From Sphagnum compactum (taxonomy: Eukaryota), in NCBI GenBank assembly GCA_965153455.1, contig OZ234494.1, forward strand, positions 9,300,001 to 9,364,000: DNA of 64,000 bases, given 5' to 3'. A program made the position numbers and the translations under genes. The notes beneath the pieces are model-generated. The model saw nothing but the letters and a program-made list of their open reading frames with translations. It made no database searches and was not told the DNA's origin. This document shows, in pieces, positions 1 through 13,645 of the stretch (its first letter is position 1; every line of letters starts with the position of its first letter).

Positions 1-32
1 TCTCTGAGCTTTTGATATGCTTATGAATGCAG

Positions 33-3000
33 ACACTGGGCGATTTGGGTTCTGTTGCCAAGTGCAGTCGCTCCTCGCAGAAGCTCATGTTCAAGCCTGC
101 TCCTTTGTCATGCATGAAAGTGCTGGACACTTTCAATGAAATTGCCAAGGCAAAGAAGCTTCTGCCTGCCCTTTTCTTCTTTCTGAATTTGGTTGGGTTC
201 TGCATGCTTGAGCTTGTACCATTCAGCCTTAAATCTCACATTGAAGCTGAGGAAGAAGTCTTCTTATGTTATGATACTCAATCACATCACAGGAAGCTGG
301 AAACCAGAGTCAGGATAAAAAGCGTGCTCGAATGAAAGCTTTGTTGGTGGCTGCTACTGATTGTGAGCCCCTGTACCTTGTCCGCCTTCTTCAGGTCACT
401 TCCTCCCTCACTTTTCTAACTGATAGTTTACCACTATTGTATGTTTGTTGTTGGCATATTACTTCTACAATCCTTTGTGGATCATGTGTATTACATACAG
501 GAGCACAACATTATCATTCTAGATTTGTATATCCTTTCTTGATGCTTTTGTTATGTTAAACCTGCTTCTGTTGCCACCCTTAATCTGCACGTTTGAACTT
601 CATCAGCTGCCGGAGAGAGTTTTTTGTTATGCCTTGAAGCAACATTTGCTGGGGAGCTTACAGAGATCATATCACTTCTTTGTTGGCCTCCCTCTGACTT
701 AGTTCCAATATGATTGCAGTCTAAGCTTCGAATAGGGCTGGCAGAGAAGACAGTGCTGGCTGCTCTTGCACATGCAGCTGTGCTTTCTGAGGTTCCAAAA
801 GTACCTCCTGCACAGCTTGCAGCTAGACTCGAGGAGGTATAGACTCCTTACAGAATTGCTTGCTGTCTTTGATGTTTTGCCTTTTGGCTGGCCCCTTTCC
901 TTTCTGCGGCCAGGTTTTTGTCTGAAACTCTAATACACTCCAGGCGGATAGAGAGTATTTATACCTTGAAAGTGATGATGTGACTGGGGTGCAGGCAGAG
1001 GAAATCATGAAACACACATATTCAGTGCTCCCCATTTATGAACAGATAATAGATGCAGTGCTGAAATTTGGAATTTCTAAGCTGTCAGAAGTCTGTAGCT
1101 TCAAACTGGGTGTCCCTGTGGGACCCATGCTTGCAAAGCCCACCACAGGAGTCTCTGAGGTTCTCAACAAGTTCCAGGACATGGACTTCACATGTGAATA
1201 CAAGTATGATGGAGAGAGAGCTCAGGTTCTCCTTATCTTTCCCCCATTGATGTTTCTTTTGTGATTGAAGTCTTTTATCAGGCCTCATTGTATTAGGAGG
1301 TGTTGGGTTAGATATCACTCCTAGCAAACCACATCTGACATGACTGTATTCCCATTCAATCTTTTTGTCAGAGTTTGTATGATGACAGTGGATACATGTC
1401 TTGGAGCAATTGCAGATACATTATATGGAAGATGGAACTATCCAGATTTATAGCCGAAATGCAGAACACAACACTGGCAAGTTCCCTGATATTGTAGCTG
1501 CAATGCCTAGGTGCGTAATGGATCCTTTAGTTGTCACCTTCAACTGAATGAACGGAAGCCAATTTTTGCCATCTTGCATCTTCTATGATCCTTAAATCAG
1601 GCCATTGAACCTGTGCTATTCAAGGAGCTTAGTCCCTGAGCATTTGGAAGGACCTTTTTTGGACTTTGTACCTCTCCTTGCAAAACCAAGTTCACTAAGT
1701 TTGGCCTAATCTTGACAATGCAATGTGTAGTTCATGTGTGCTTCTGATATTCTTCAATCTGTAGCAAATTAGCTCTCAGTAGTGTGATGGCATCCATCAA
1801 AGGAGTTCTAATCCTTTTCAAGATCTGCAGTGGACCTCATTCTTGTATTTTATGGCTGGGGGCAGATTCATGAAACCAGGTGTGACATCATTTGTTTTGG
1901 ATTGTGAGGTGGTAGCTTATGATCGTGAAAAGAACAAAATTTTGCCATTCCAGGTGAGTGCTTGGAAACACATCTGCATAGTTTCTGGATTCTTGGGTGC
2001 CATGCTAAATTTGGTTTTTGCTCAATCTTGTCAATGATTTTGAAAGAGACAGACAGACAGATTTCCAGTGATCAGAGATGCTCATCCATGATCACTTCAA
2101 TTTTTTGGACAATATGGGGTTCCCTTGTCAAGCAACAAATTGGGTCTCCGGGTTCTGTCCTTGGATGGTGGTAGATGTTTTGACATGGCAATTTAGGCCT
2201 CAAGTGTTGGTAGGAGATGAAAGACAATGAAGGTAATGACAAGAGTTGAGCTGACTTGAAAACTCATAATTTGAATGCAGATCCTGAGCACAAGGGCAAG
2301 AAAAGGAGTATCACTGAACACTATTAAGGTTCAAGTTTGCTTGTTTGCATTTGACCTTTTGTATTTGAATGGTCATCCACTGCTACAGGAACAGCTCAAC
2401 ATACGAAGAGAGGTATATATTCTTGTCATTTGGTTGTGGGATCTTTCCTGGTACTTCTGCAAATCTGTGTTCTTGTTTTTGGAGTAAGTTTGGAGTCCGT
2501 ATTTTTCAATGACTTTGGACAAGTTTGCACCATGTTGACATCTTGATATCCCTGGTGATGTGTAGCACTTATATGCATCCTTCTTAGAGGTGGATGGAGA
2601 GTTCAGATTTGCAACAGCCAAGAATTCAAATGACCTGGAGGAAATTCAGAAGTTCCTTGAAGATGCTATTGATCACAGGTCTCTCTCCTAGTCTCTTGTG
2701 TTTTCAGTCTTTAGCTAGAAGGTAGGGTACCATGCCACATGTTTGTTTCCCTTTAGTCCTTCATCTCTGATCTCTAGACTGGATGTCAGCTGGTTGTTTT
2801 TTTCTTTTTTCTTTTTTCATTCATCTTGCTATGTGAAACATGTGGAAGGTGAGGAAATGATGAATTTTCTCAGGCATTGATACCATGAGACTCACACAAA
2901 ATGGCTACATCAAACAACGAACTGCTTTGGCAAAGCCTTTCCAACTTTTTTTGGAAATTGAAATGGGGGCGTGGTGATGGACAGTTGCGAGGGACTTATA

Positions 3001-5097
3001 GTGAAGACATTGACAAAGGATGCAACATATGAGCCTGCCAAGCGATCCAACAACTGGCTCAAGCTCAAAAAGGATTACATGACATCGTAAATTTCACCAC
3101 CCCCCCTGCACTCCTAAGATCTGTGCACATCTGACCTTTCTGTTGATTGCAATCCCTGCCTTGTCAAATTTCATGACTGAATACACCACTACGTATGTGG
3201 GCTCCAAATAAGTCGTTTGAGAGCCTCCATTTTTCAGTGAGCTGCAATTCTTTGTTGTGTAATCTGAGGCGTTTTGTTACAGCCTAGCAGTTCTATTTTC
3301 TGAGTATGACAGGGGTTATGAATTCAAGCAGCTTTAATTTCCCTCTTTTGTAAATTCCACCACAGGACAGGGGACTCCCTCGATCTTGTGCCAATTGGAG
3401 CATTTTATGGCCGTGGAAAACGTGTGGGTGAGTGACACACTCCTAGAATTCCTCCAGAACTTGTATACCTGTTGTTTGATACTTTGCTCTAGAAAATCAT
3501 TGAAAGTTGTTTGTGTAATCATACCTGGATTCAGTCCTGTCTCTGAGAATGCCATTATGTTGTTGCTGGGAGTGAAGCATGGTGGGTGAATGGTGTAGAG
3601 CAGGGGTGTATGGGGCATTTTTGCTGGCCTGCTATGATGAAGATCGTGAGGAGTTTCAGAGCATCTGCAAAATTGGTGGAACACGCTGAATCCAAAACTG
3701 GAAACTTTATGCCTAGTGTTCTGCTACTGTGTGATAAGTTTGCTGAACAGAAATGTCTTCATTGTCACTTTGATTTTGAGATGAGCCTTTCTGACAGATG
3801 AGCATATGCCAGATGCTTTTGTTGTAACTTTTTGCATAAATCTAGTGAAATCCCTTACATAATAGCTACCAATTGATGACTGTTCCATTCTTTGGTGCTC
3901 TCTGAAGACTTGAGCAAATGTTGTGTAGTCAATAATGATGTTTGTCCTTTTCCACCTTCTCAGGAACGGGCTTCTCAGAGGCAGTGCTGGAGGAACGCTC
4001 CACCACATTACGGAGTCATGTTATTGACCAGCCTAAGGTTCTTTACATGGGAATGACCATTTGTTTTATGATACTATGTTCCAGGACTGCTGTAGCCTAA
4101 TTACATAAGAGACTTCTGTGCCTTGCGTGAAGTGGAATTTCAATCCAGATTAACAAAATAATCCATGGATCATTTGCTGCTAGACCCACTTTCATAATAT
4201 TACCTTCTACACACTATCACAATTGTGCAGAAGACCTAACAAGTGGATCTAGGCACAGCAGCACGCCAGTGGTAGCTTATTTATCACAGTCTTTTCTGAG
4301 CTAGTTTGTCCAATAGTACATGAAATTGGGGTCTAAACTTGATGATCTCATCTTGGGGTATTCTCAGATCTGTCTCCTCTTGGTGTGTCTCTGAATCAGT
4401 AATTGGGTGGTGCTACAGAGTTACTATCGATATGGAGAGACAATCGGTGTTGATGTGTGGTTTGATGAAGTTGAGGTATAGCACTTTGTTATTGCTTATC
4501 CATTTTTTCCTTATCCAAGAGTGGTAGCTCAGAGAATAAAGGGTCACCTTCTTAAAAAGAATATGGAAATCTGGACAGGTTTGGGAAGTGAAGGCAGCAG
4601 ATTTGAGCATCAGTCCTGTTCACCGAGCAGCAATCGGCTTGGTTGACTCCAGCAAGGTACATCAATATTTCTACGGAGTTCTCTTACATTGTGCAATGTT
4701 GAGTGTTTCTGTTATGCAACTGCATTGAAAGAGTTTGACATTACCAAATCACTATGCCAACAGATTTCTTCTAGTGTATGCAGCATACTGACTTCTCATG
4801 TTGAATGTCTGCGAATGAAGGGTATCTCCTTGCGATTTCCCAGACTGGTTAGACTCCGTGAAGACAAGACTCCAGTGGAGGCCACTTCAGCTGAGCAGGT
4901 GACAATCTTAACCATTCCTGACAAGTAGGAAATGAGAAAGACTTGTAATTGAAGCTATCTTTTGTTTGCTGTCATTTTAGATTGCTCAGATGGAAGACAC
5001 CCCACTTTCTAACAAGTGTTCTCAACAGGTTGCAGAACTCTATCGGGCTCAAAAGATAAACCATGGCACAGCTGATGACAATGAAGATGACGACTAA
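33..5097 (+). CDS. LIG1: DNA ligase I (ATP-dependent), 5'-partial, 16 coding exons in the window
   Basis: Hand-spliced exons 33-149, 293-394, 720-836, 995-1225, 1416-1510, 1866-1953, 2281-2412, 2566-2678, 2985-3086, 3366-3427, 3604-3675, 3964-4037, 4419-4475, 4579-4656, 4821-4898, 5029-5097 (TAA) stay in frame. They encode LGDLGSVA, the adenylation motif [41 protein letters not shown] and SLRFPR. The gene begins upstream of the window. Confidence 0.97.
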
Positions 5098-5789
5098 GGC
5101 ACAGATAAGAAACACTTAACAAAATTAGTAAGCTCCATGTCTATTAGTTTGACCACAAAGGTCTCCAGCCAGCCTTGTTATGAACTCCATGAACACTCTC
5201 GGTGTTGGCAAGAGTAAGCAAGCACCCCTGTTTTATAAACAGAGCGTTGATTTCAGTGCACTCCTGCACTTACACATTACTGCGGTACTAGTGTTGGGCT
5301 ACCTTGTCTACTGTTTTTAGATCTGTTCTTCGAAGACTATGGGTCATGGTTTTTTCACACGAATACCATGTCTAGTGTTTCTAGATTATTCTTTGAAGAC
5401 TATTTTGGCTATGGATTTCATAGCTCCAGGGCGGCTTTGAACTGAAATGCACTTTGAAGTGAAATGCAGAGGATTTACTTGTCTTGTGATGGGCCTCATT
5501 GATTGGCCCATGACAAGAAAAAACGTGCTTCTAAACTTATGACACTCCTGAGATAGAATTTGCTTTACCTCTCCAGGTACCTTATTTTGTTGAAATGCTG
5601 ACTTGAATTTGGACCTGGCATTTAGGCAAAACAACACTTTATTCTTTTGGCACCCCAGTAATTCACATACCCTTTTTCTCATATAATAATGCTTATTTAT
5701 TCCACATCATGATGCTCTTATTGACTTTCCTGCACCTCCTTACCAACAGAAAATAACTCACAAGGGGAGGGCAGGCCGAATCCAAGGGT

Positions 5790-6290
5790 AGGGCTTTGTT
5801 GTTTTTGGTGTCCAAACAAAACTTGAACCCCTCCTCTTGATGCATCTAATATACTAACAATTGTCAAAAATAGATTAAAAATGAGAAAGTTACGATCACT
5901 TAGAAAACAGACCATCGCACAAAGCAAAGGTAGGTTCACAAAAACCCCAAAAAATCATTCTATGTTGTTCTGTTGCTATTAGAGTTCAAAGATGATTTGT
6001 AGATGTGCTCCTATATCACTTTAAATTGTTTTAAATGAATATAAAAAATAAGAAAGTTATGAGGTATGAAAGTAAAAAGGGTCCAGAGAAAACAAAACCC
6101 AAAAAAAAGGTGTTTTGTAAGTTGCAAAGCTGTTTTTTTTTTTTTCTTGTTATTTTTTTATTACTCCTTTTCCTTTGTAGTTCAAAGATGATTTCTAGAG
6201 CTAGAGCTTGAGACAACGATCCTGTAAGATTTTAAATCACTCAAATTGAAAAACATATGATGAAGATATAAATAATTTTTTGATCATAAG
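5790..6290. repeat. AT-rich dispersed repeat fragment with internally repeated motif
   Basis: AGTTCAAAGATGATTT(G/C)TAGA occurs near 5982 and 6179, and AGAAAGTTA(C/T)GA near 5884 and 6051. No coding potential; class not determined. Confidence 0.3.
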
Positions 6291-8049
6291 TGGTTGATTG
6301 GTGATGGGTCGGTTTATTTTTGGCTAATATTAATACATAATGGAAATCCATGGTGAGTTGCGTGGTGAATTGGTTTAAAATATTTAAATGTAACAATGTT
6401 AAGATCAATCATTTTTATTTTGCAAACATAATAATATAAAATTTATAAAATTTTAATATATATTATGTAATGTTAAAATCCTAAGAATTAAAATAGACTA
6501 TTATTTTACAATGTCAAATTGTGTTATATAATTCTATCATTAATATTATAATATGTATGTAATATCATAAAAAATGTTAACATAATATCATAATTGTGAT
6601 TTTTTTTTCAAATTCTTCAACTAGGTGTATTGGTGAGGATCCTTAGCATTAATCAGCAATAAATGGCGGCTCTCCTAGTGGACTAATAAATCTTTTTTGG
6701 AATCCTGCCTAGTTCTAGCGACTTAATGGAACACATTGTTTAAATCTGGCAACTTTTAATTATTTTTTCTCGAGATATGGCAAAAAAAAATTTTAATCTC
6801 AAAATCCCCTTTGTTGGATTTGCCAACAACCCCTTTTTTTTTGGTTGCCAGGTGACAAAAATTTGCCACAAAAAAAAACCCTAATCACAATATATTGGAC
6901 CATAAATTTATAATCATGTGTACATTGTAAAATAATGATAATGTTACATCATATACAAATGAATGTGTTAAATAGTGTACATACTTGTTTCATGTTGTGA
7001 AATGTTTTACATATCATCCATTTATTCATGGCCAATTTAACATTAATAAATAATATTGGTAACAAATTGTTTTGGCATGATTTTAATCTTACTTTTGAAC
7101 ATTATCATGATAATATGCTCATATATTTGAAGTTCACAAATTGCATTTAACATTTATCCTCAATATTGAACTCTTGTGGAATTCTCACAAATTGAAAAAG
7201 GTTAAGCTCCATTTTCCAAATTTTTTCAAATACAAGTATTTTGTTGAAAATTCGGGCGTTTGTTTACACTTTGTAAATGGGAGTTATGTCAATGTCACAT
7301 TTGAGAACAAACACATCCAAGTACTTTCATGGATTTGATGATTCACACAAATTACATGAAAGACAATTTGAATTAAAATAAACAAAGCTAATCACATATT
7401 ACAAATAGTTATTTATGAATTGAAAACATGGAAAATTATGTTTTATGAAACATCTTATTTATTTTAATCCGTGCAATTTTAAACATGTGAATTGTATAAT
7501 ATGATCAACATTAATTTTGAGCTTTTTTCAATAGTAAATAAAATGACATGATATATAACATCTTTCTTAATTTTATGATTATATATATTTTTAATTTGTG
7601 AAAAGAAGATTAATCATGTAATAACTATATTGATAACTTCTTTTTTATTTTGTGATTATCTTTTCATGAAATCTTTTACTAAATACCCTTGTAACAATAT
7701 ACATATAAAACTTAATACCTATCGATTTTATTTAATAATGTGACATGTTTTGTAACCTTGTACTTTCTCATTACAAACTTAACATTATAATATTATGTTG
7801 TATTAAATTATAACATTTGACATAAGTTACATATCTTACATGTATATAACATGATAAGACATAAATGTTCTATTAACATTACAAAATATTGTTCTAAAAA
7901 GCATGTTAACATCACGCTGTTATCTAGAAGACCCAGTTGATAGCCTGGCTGGTCTAGGACCTTTGGGATTTTGGAGGTTATGGTGATATCTTCGGTCTAG
8001 TGAGCAAGCCAAAAATTTGGAGGAAAATAATGACGATTCTTTATAGTTA

Positions 8050-8422
8050 GAGCATCTCCACAGGTGCTGAGTATGTCACTCTGGATAATAAAATTAAATG
8101 TCTAAATTTAGCTGTTTTTTTTTGGCAACCCCACCAATAAAACTGTACCTGGAACTGCATATACGTGGGAACTACTAATAGCAAACCACCTGGACAAATC
8201 ATTATGATTGGACCAATCAGAAATACTGAGCCGCAGTCAGGTCCAATTTATTACACTCTTTTTTGGAGGTGCACAACTGTGTTGCGCCTTTTACCAGCCA
8301 CCGCAAGCTGCACGAATTTGGTGCAGAAAAACCAATTTCCTGAGCTAAACCGGCACATTTTGACTTTTTCACAATCAATTTTACTGTGCGGAGTCACATA
8401 CTGAGCACAGTTGGACATGCTC
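8050..8422. mobile_element. MITE, PIF/Harbinger (Tourist-like), 373 bp
   Basis: Left end GAGCATCTCCACAGGTGCTGAGTATGT pairs with right end ACATACTGAGCACAGTTGGACATGCTC (imperfect TIRs), flanked by a TTA duplication at 8047-8049 and 8423-8425. Internal sequence is shared with the copy at 38967-39610. Confidence 0.88.
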
Positions 8423-8525
8423 TTAAAGAAGAGTCAAGATTACCACCTTCAAAATCACAACAAAAATCCCCTAAAACAAACAATGCCAACATCAAACAAG
8501 CAAAACTGGTGACAAATACCTATAT

Positions 8526-8635
8526 TGGGCTAAACCCTAAACCCTTATACTCTGACATTTCAAGGGACTATTATTTCGCTTCAACTAACAGGGTTTAGGG
8601 TTTAGCGTCTTCTGGGGTTTAGGGTTGAGAGCCCA
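8526..8635. promoter_or_regulatory. Site II (TGGGCY) plus telo-box cluster upstream of NDUFAF7
   Basis: TGGGCT at 8526-8531 directly followed by AAACCCTAA at 8532-8540; AGGGTTTAGGGTTTAG at ~8590-8605; AGCCCA at 8630-8635. All lie 200-320 bp upstream of the ATG at 8849. Confidence 0.5.
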
Positions 8636-8848
8636 CTGAGAAAGCACCTTTTTGTTGCAGTGGGCATTCCAACAGACATGCACATTGAATTGAGTTTCTT
8701 CAGCTATGTGAATTCGCTCAAAGGGCTTGAATTGAGTTTTCTTCAGCTATGTGAATTCCCTCAAAGTTGCAGTTTGTGAATTATTTGTTTGTTTCCTAAA
8801 GGGCTCGGAAGTTACAAAAGAGAGAAAGAGAGCTAAGAGGATTCAGCT

Positions 8849-11800
8849 ATGGCGGGCCTTGGAAGAGTGAAGGAGATTTCAGGGTTAGGGTTTAGGATTA
8901 GAGGTCTGATTCGGGCAGCAAATGGTCTGTCAGTCTCTTCACAATCCCATTCACAATATTCTTCACAATCTTCTTCGGCCTTGGAGATGGAAACAGAGGC
9001 AGAACAACGGATGAAGAGAACTCAAGTGCTGGAATGTAAGGGAGAAAGACAGGCAAACGACATCAAAATTGCAGATGGGAAGAAGAAGAGTTCAGAGATT
9101 TTGGAGTCAGAAGCAGCGATGATGGATCAAGTAAAGAGGGTACGGGGTGTTGAGGCAGAGGCAAATTTTGCCAAGGCTGAGGAGAGTGCTATGGCAAAAC
9201 ACATCAAATCCTTGATCCAAGTAAGTAAGCGCATTTGTTGTTTCTTATGGGGATTGGTATTAGGACTCTGTTGCAGTCAATCAACCCTTTTTTCTATCTC
9301 CAGTTAGGAATGTGATGATGAGACTTGTGTCTGTTTCAGCTTTCTCCCATGTAGGTGTTCTGTGGTTTTGTCAACCGCAGCCTGTGTCTCTTTGTGTCTC
9401 TGGGAAATTCAGTTTCGAGGAGGTCCAATTACAGTGGCTGAATATATGGAGGAAGTGCTGACAAATCCTATTGCGGGCTTCTACATGAATCGAGATGTTT
9501 TTGGCGCTGCAGGGGAGTTTGTCACATCACCTGACATCAGTCAAATGTTTGGCGAGGTGCATCTACACAGCTTGATTGCATCAAGTTTTATGACGAAAGG
9601 ATTTTATGGAAGTCTAAGCATTTTGGTGGATCTTTAGTTACATCTAGTGGAAATTGGCACACAGATCTGTTGGAATGTGGTTGCATTTTTTGTGGGTACT
9701 TGTTTAGTTCCTCTGGTTTTTCTTTGCCACCAATTCTGCTTTCAGTGATTTCTAAACAACTTGAGCATGGGAGTGTTGGCTGGCAGATGGTGGGTGTATG
9801 GTGCATGTGTTTGTGGCATCAGATGGGCCAGCCCAACCATGTGCACCTGGTTGAGCTTGGACCTGGCCGGGGCACCCTCATGGCTGATCTTCTCCGAGTA
9901 AGCTAGAGCTGACAATACAAAACTCTCTGTTGCCTGCTGCAATGTTTCCTTATGTGTAAATTGTCTTAAATCATCTGATTCAATTTTTTTAATTTATTTT
10001 TCTTGTATTTGGCAGGGGACTGCCAAGTTTACAGATTTTTCACAGACCCTATCAGTGCATATGGTGGAATGTAGCCCTGCTCTGAAGAGCATTCAACAAG
10101 AGACATTGAAATGTTGCCCCAAGGACCAGGCAGATTCGACCTCTGCAGTAGATAGCCAGAAATGCAAGCCTACTGAGGATCAAATCAGTCAAATTTCAGG
10201 AGCTGTGATATCATGGCACCTAGATCTTGAGCATGTTCCACGAGGAGGTTGGTCCTCTCAAGCTTGAGTTATGGGCCATGTTTGGTATTAGAAACTTGTT
10301 CAATGTCTATGCATGTGACTTTTCGGTTTGTAATCTCTATTTGCATGCCACTTAAGGTGGGCACCTTCCTCATCAGCATTCTTGAGCTAAAGGAGAAACT
10401 TTAGGCATCTATATAGTTGAGCATCGAACTCCTTGGTTCATGTGGCAGTGATTTTGAGATGCATTGTTGAATGTAGTCTGTGAAAAGGATCTTGAACTTA
10501 AAACTTACCGTCAAGCTGTGCCATCTGATCAATTTGTATGGGGTGTTTTAATGGCTACAGTTCCAACAATCATAATTGCTCATGAGTTCTATGATGCACT
10601 GCCCATTCACCAATTCCAGGTACTCCTGTCTCCCTCTCTTTTCCTCAAGGCTAGAGTCCTGAGTTACAGGGCCATCTGAGTCTCTCAGTCTTGGCTGCAC
10701 TCCAGTTTAAATGTACCCTTTGTCCTTGGTTCTGGTTTTATCTCTGAGTTCCTTGTCCTATTGCTGTGGGATGCATGTGCAATCTGGCAGAGGACACCTC
10801 GAGGATGGTGTGAAAAGCTTGTGGATGTTGCTGAAGGCTCTGGGTATTATTTGCTAGCCTGCAACTTTTCTTGTTGTATCCAGTATCTTCAGAACTCACA
10901 TGCATCTGCAAGTGCCTTCTTCATGGGTAGAACCTTTTGAAGTACTATGGGATCTTGCTAGTGGGGCTTCCAAAGAGCAATACAGAATTGATCACAAAAG
11001 AGCCTTCTTCAAGTGGCTGCTCAAAGGCAGGCAAGTAGTTTGTGAGAGAATGCAAGAACCCTAGTCATGAACAAAACAGAGTTTGCTCAAGTAATACCCA
11101 GAAGCAACAGCAGCTCCAATGTTGCAAGGACATTCAGAGCATCATGTTCAGTGGAGGCTTTGAAGCCATATTTTATGTGTGCTTCTTTGCAAATTCTTCA
11201 TATGACTGGTTCTAACATGTTGGTTTTGTTCAGGCCAGGTTTCAGGTTTGTCCTATCACCAGGACCCACAACAGCAAGTAGTCTATACCTAGCAAAGCGG
11301 ATGAAGTGGGCATCACTGGAGGAAAAGGCCAAGATTGAACATGTGGAAGTTTGTCCAAGTGCCCTCAAACTGACAGCTGAGATTGCCCGAAGAGTTGGAG
11401 AGGATGGAGGTGGTGCCCTTGTTGTTGATTATGGTGAGGATGTCATGGTATCAGACAGCTTACAGGTTAGTGCAACCATCTTGTGATTTCCTTATTTAAA
11501 CTTTCTGTTGCTTTTTCTTCAAACATTTCAGGCATCATAGACATGATTTGCATGGATAGGTAGTTGATTCATCACATGGTCCAGCATTTGTGAAGAATAC
11601 CACTGACTGTTTAGGACATTGTGGCAGGCAATAAGAAAGCATGAGTTTGTAAAGGTACTGCAAGACCCAGGCTCAGCAGACCTGAGTGCTTATGTGGACT
11701 TTGCAGCCATCAAACATGCAGTGGAAGATGAAGCAGGTAAGTCTTCTTTCCTGAAATCCCTGCACTGCTCATCACATTTGAATGGTTGTACCAAATTTTC

Positions 11801-12519
11801 ATGTTAGTGTGCATCTTTGAGGACTGAAGAAGGGGGAATAAGCCACCTTCTGGATCCTGCATTATGATTAGCAACTGAAGTGGATAGTCCAAAATGTAGG
11901 GTACCTTGTTCAACATGAAAGAATGTTCAAAAAGAAAAGTTGTGTTTATGATTGAGTGTCTTATCAAAGTCCACACATCTTGGACAAAAATAATGATGAG
12001 AAGATTTCAAGCATGAACTAGTTCCCAATTTGCTACAGGATTCTCTGTGACAACATGTGTGCTAGGGCTATTTTCAATATATAGCAGATATGGATTCTTC
12101 TTCGTACGACCAACGTGCTGTTTTCTTGTTCATTCTTATGCCTGGAGGATGTTTGTTGGAGTGAATTGGAAATTCTCAGATGGTGTGAATGTGATCTGAA
12201 GATGAGTTGAAATGTGGGTGGGTGGGTTTGCATGGTGGGTTGGGCAATAGCGGGGTCTTCTGCCTTTGGCCCAGTTTGTCAGTCACAGTTTCTGGGCGCA
12301 TTGGGGATCAATTTTCGGCTGGAAGCTCTGCTGCAGAATGCAACTGAGGAGCAAGCAGAGGCTCTGCAACTTGGCTATTGGAGGTTAGTGGGAGATGGTC
12401 CACCACCCTGGCTAGACAAGGATGATGACCCAAAAAGTGCTCCGACTGGAATGGGGTCCCGATACAAGGCCCTAGCCATAGTTTCAGATGCATGTGGAGT
12501 GCCTATTGGTTTCCAGTAA
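8849..12519 (+). CDS. NDUFAF7: Mitochondrial protein arginine methyltransferase NDUFAF7/MidA (complex I assembly), 9 exons
   Basis: GT-AG exons 8849-9220, 9413-9556, 9787-9897, 10016-10247, 10561-10619, 10791-10843, 11234-11465, 11628-11736, 12251-12519. Motifs GPITVAEYMEEVLTNP-GFY, GEFVTSPDISQMFGE, VELGPGRGTLMADLLR, IIIAHEFYDALPIHQF, VDYG, PGSADLSAYVDF and GMGSRYKALAI. The Arg/Ser-rich N-terminus resembles a transit peptide. Confidence 0.95.
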
Positions 12520-12889
12520 CAAATAATACATGCCACTTTTCCAAGATTCTCAACATGTGAGTCTGTATTTCCCTCAAACCTCCCATTTTAAAAATTCAAT
12601 GTAGAAAAGTCGTGGAACAATCACCTGCATTACTGCAACAAAAGAGTAAAAAGTTGAAAACAAGTTAGATGTTATTTGCTCAAGGGATTGCTTTAAAGGT
12701 CTAAACAAGACACACATGGGATGATCAATTTACCACATGAATCTAATTATTTTTGTAATTTTAGTGCTGAGGATTTTGTGGAATTGGTATATGGGTGGTT
12801 TTCTATATTCTTTTGTAAGATCCTTATCGATTTTTCAAAAAAATCAATTTATGGTCATACCTAGACAATTCTAGAGACATTTCCAAGTT

Positions 12890-13645
12890 TAACTATCTCA
12901 TTTCCAAGCCTAACTACCTCACTTCCTTTCTAATAACTACCTCTTATCTTTATAACTATCTCACTCTTGTCCTAATAACTATCTCGTATCCTTATAACTA
13001 TTTCACCTCTTTCCTTACCCACCAACATGGATATGAAAAGGCAAATTAACATGTGCATTTTCATATCCATGATGTTTATATTAATTCAAAATAAATTTGA
13101 CATTGACATAAATAATGATGAATTATTCATAATCATATGAGAACATAATAAGAAACAAAATTGTCATTGGTAGTGCACAACAATGCGGAGTCCAAGTCAA
13201 TTAGGTATTATGAATAACACCTTATAATAGTTCCAAATACAAGTTTTCTCCAAGCTAGTATAGGGAGCATTTTGCATAATCTTTCGTATGGTCGTCCATA
13301 AACATTTCCAACTAACTTATATGTGAAGGATCATATATAAGACCTAATTACATCACTCCTTTTCTAATAACTATTTTATTGCTTTCCTAACAATGACCTC
13401 ATTTTTTTTCCTCTACCCACCAACATGGATATAAAATTTTCAAATTATCAATTGCCTTTTCATGGTCATAATATTTATATCTATATAATTTACTAATAAC
13501 TTTTCTTGTCTAACAATAGTAATGATGATGAATTATTGGAAATTATATGTGAACATAAGAAGAGAAAAAAATAATAGTTGGTCATTATTAGTAATGCAAA
13601 GCAACAGGGAGCCCAAGTTACTTAGGTATTATGAGTAACAACTTA
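12890..13645. repeat. Diverged direct duplication (~400 bp period) preceded by short TAACTA(C/T)CTC subrepeats
   Basis: CCCACCAACATGGATAT occurs near 13018 and 13417; TTAGGTATTATGA(A/G)TAACA near 13201 and 13622; TAACTA(C/T)CTC is repeated between 12890 and 13005. Confidence 0.6.
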
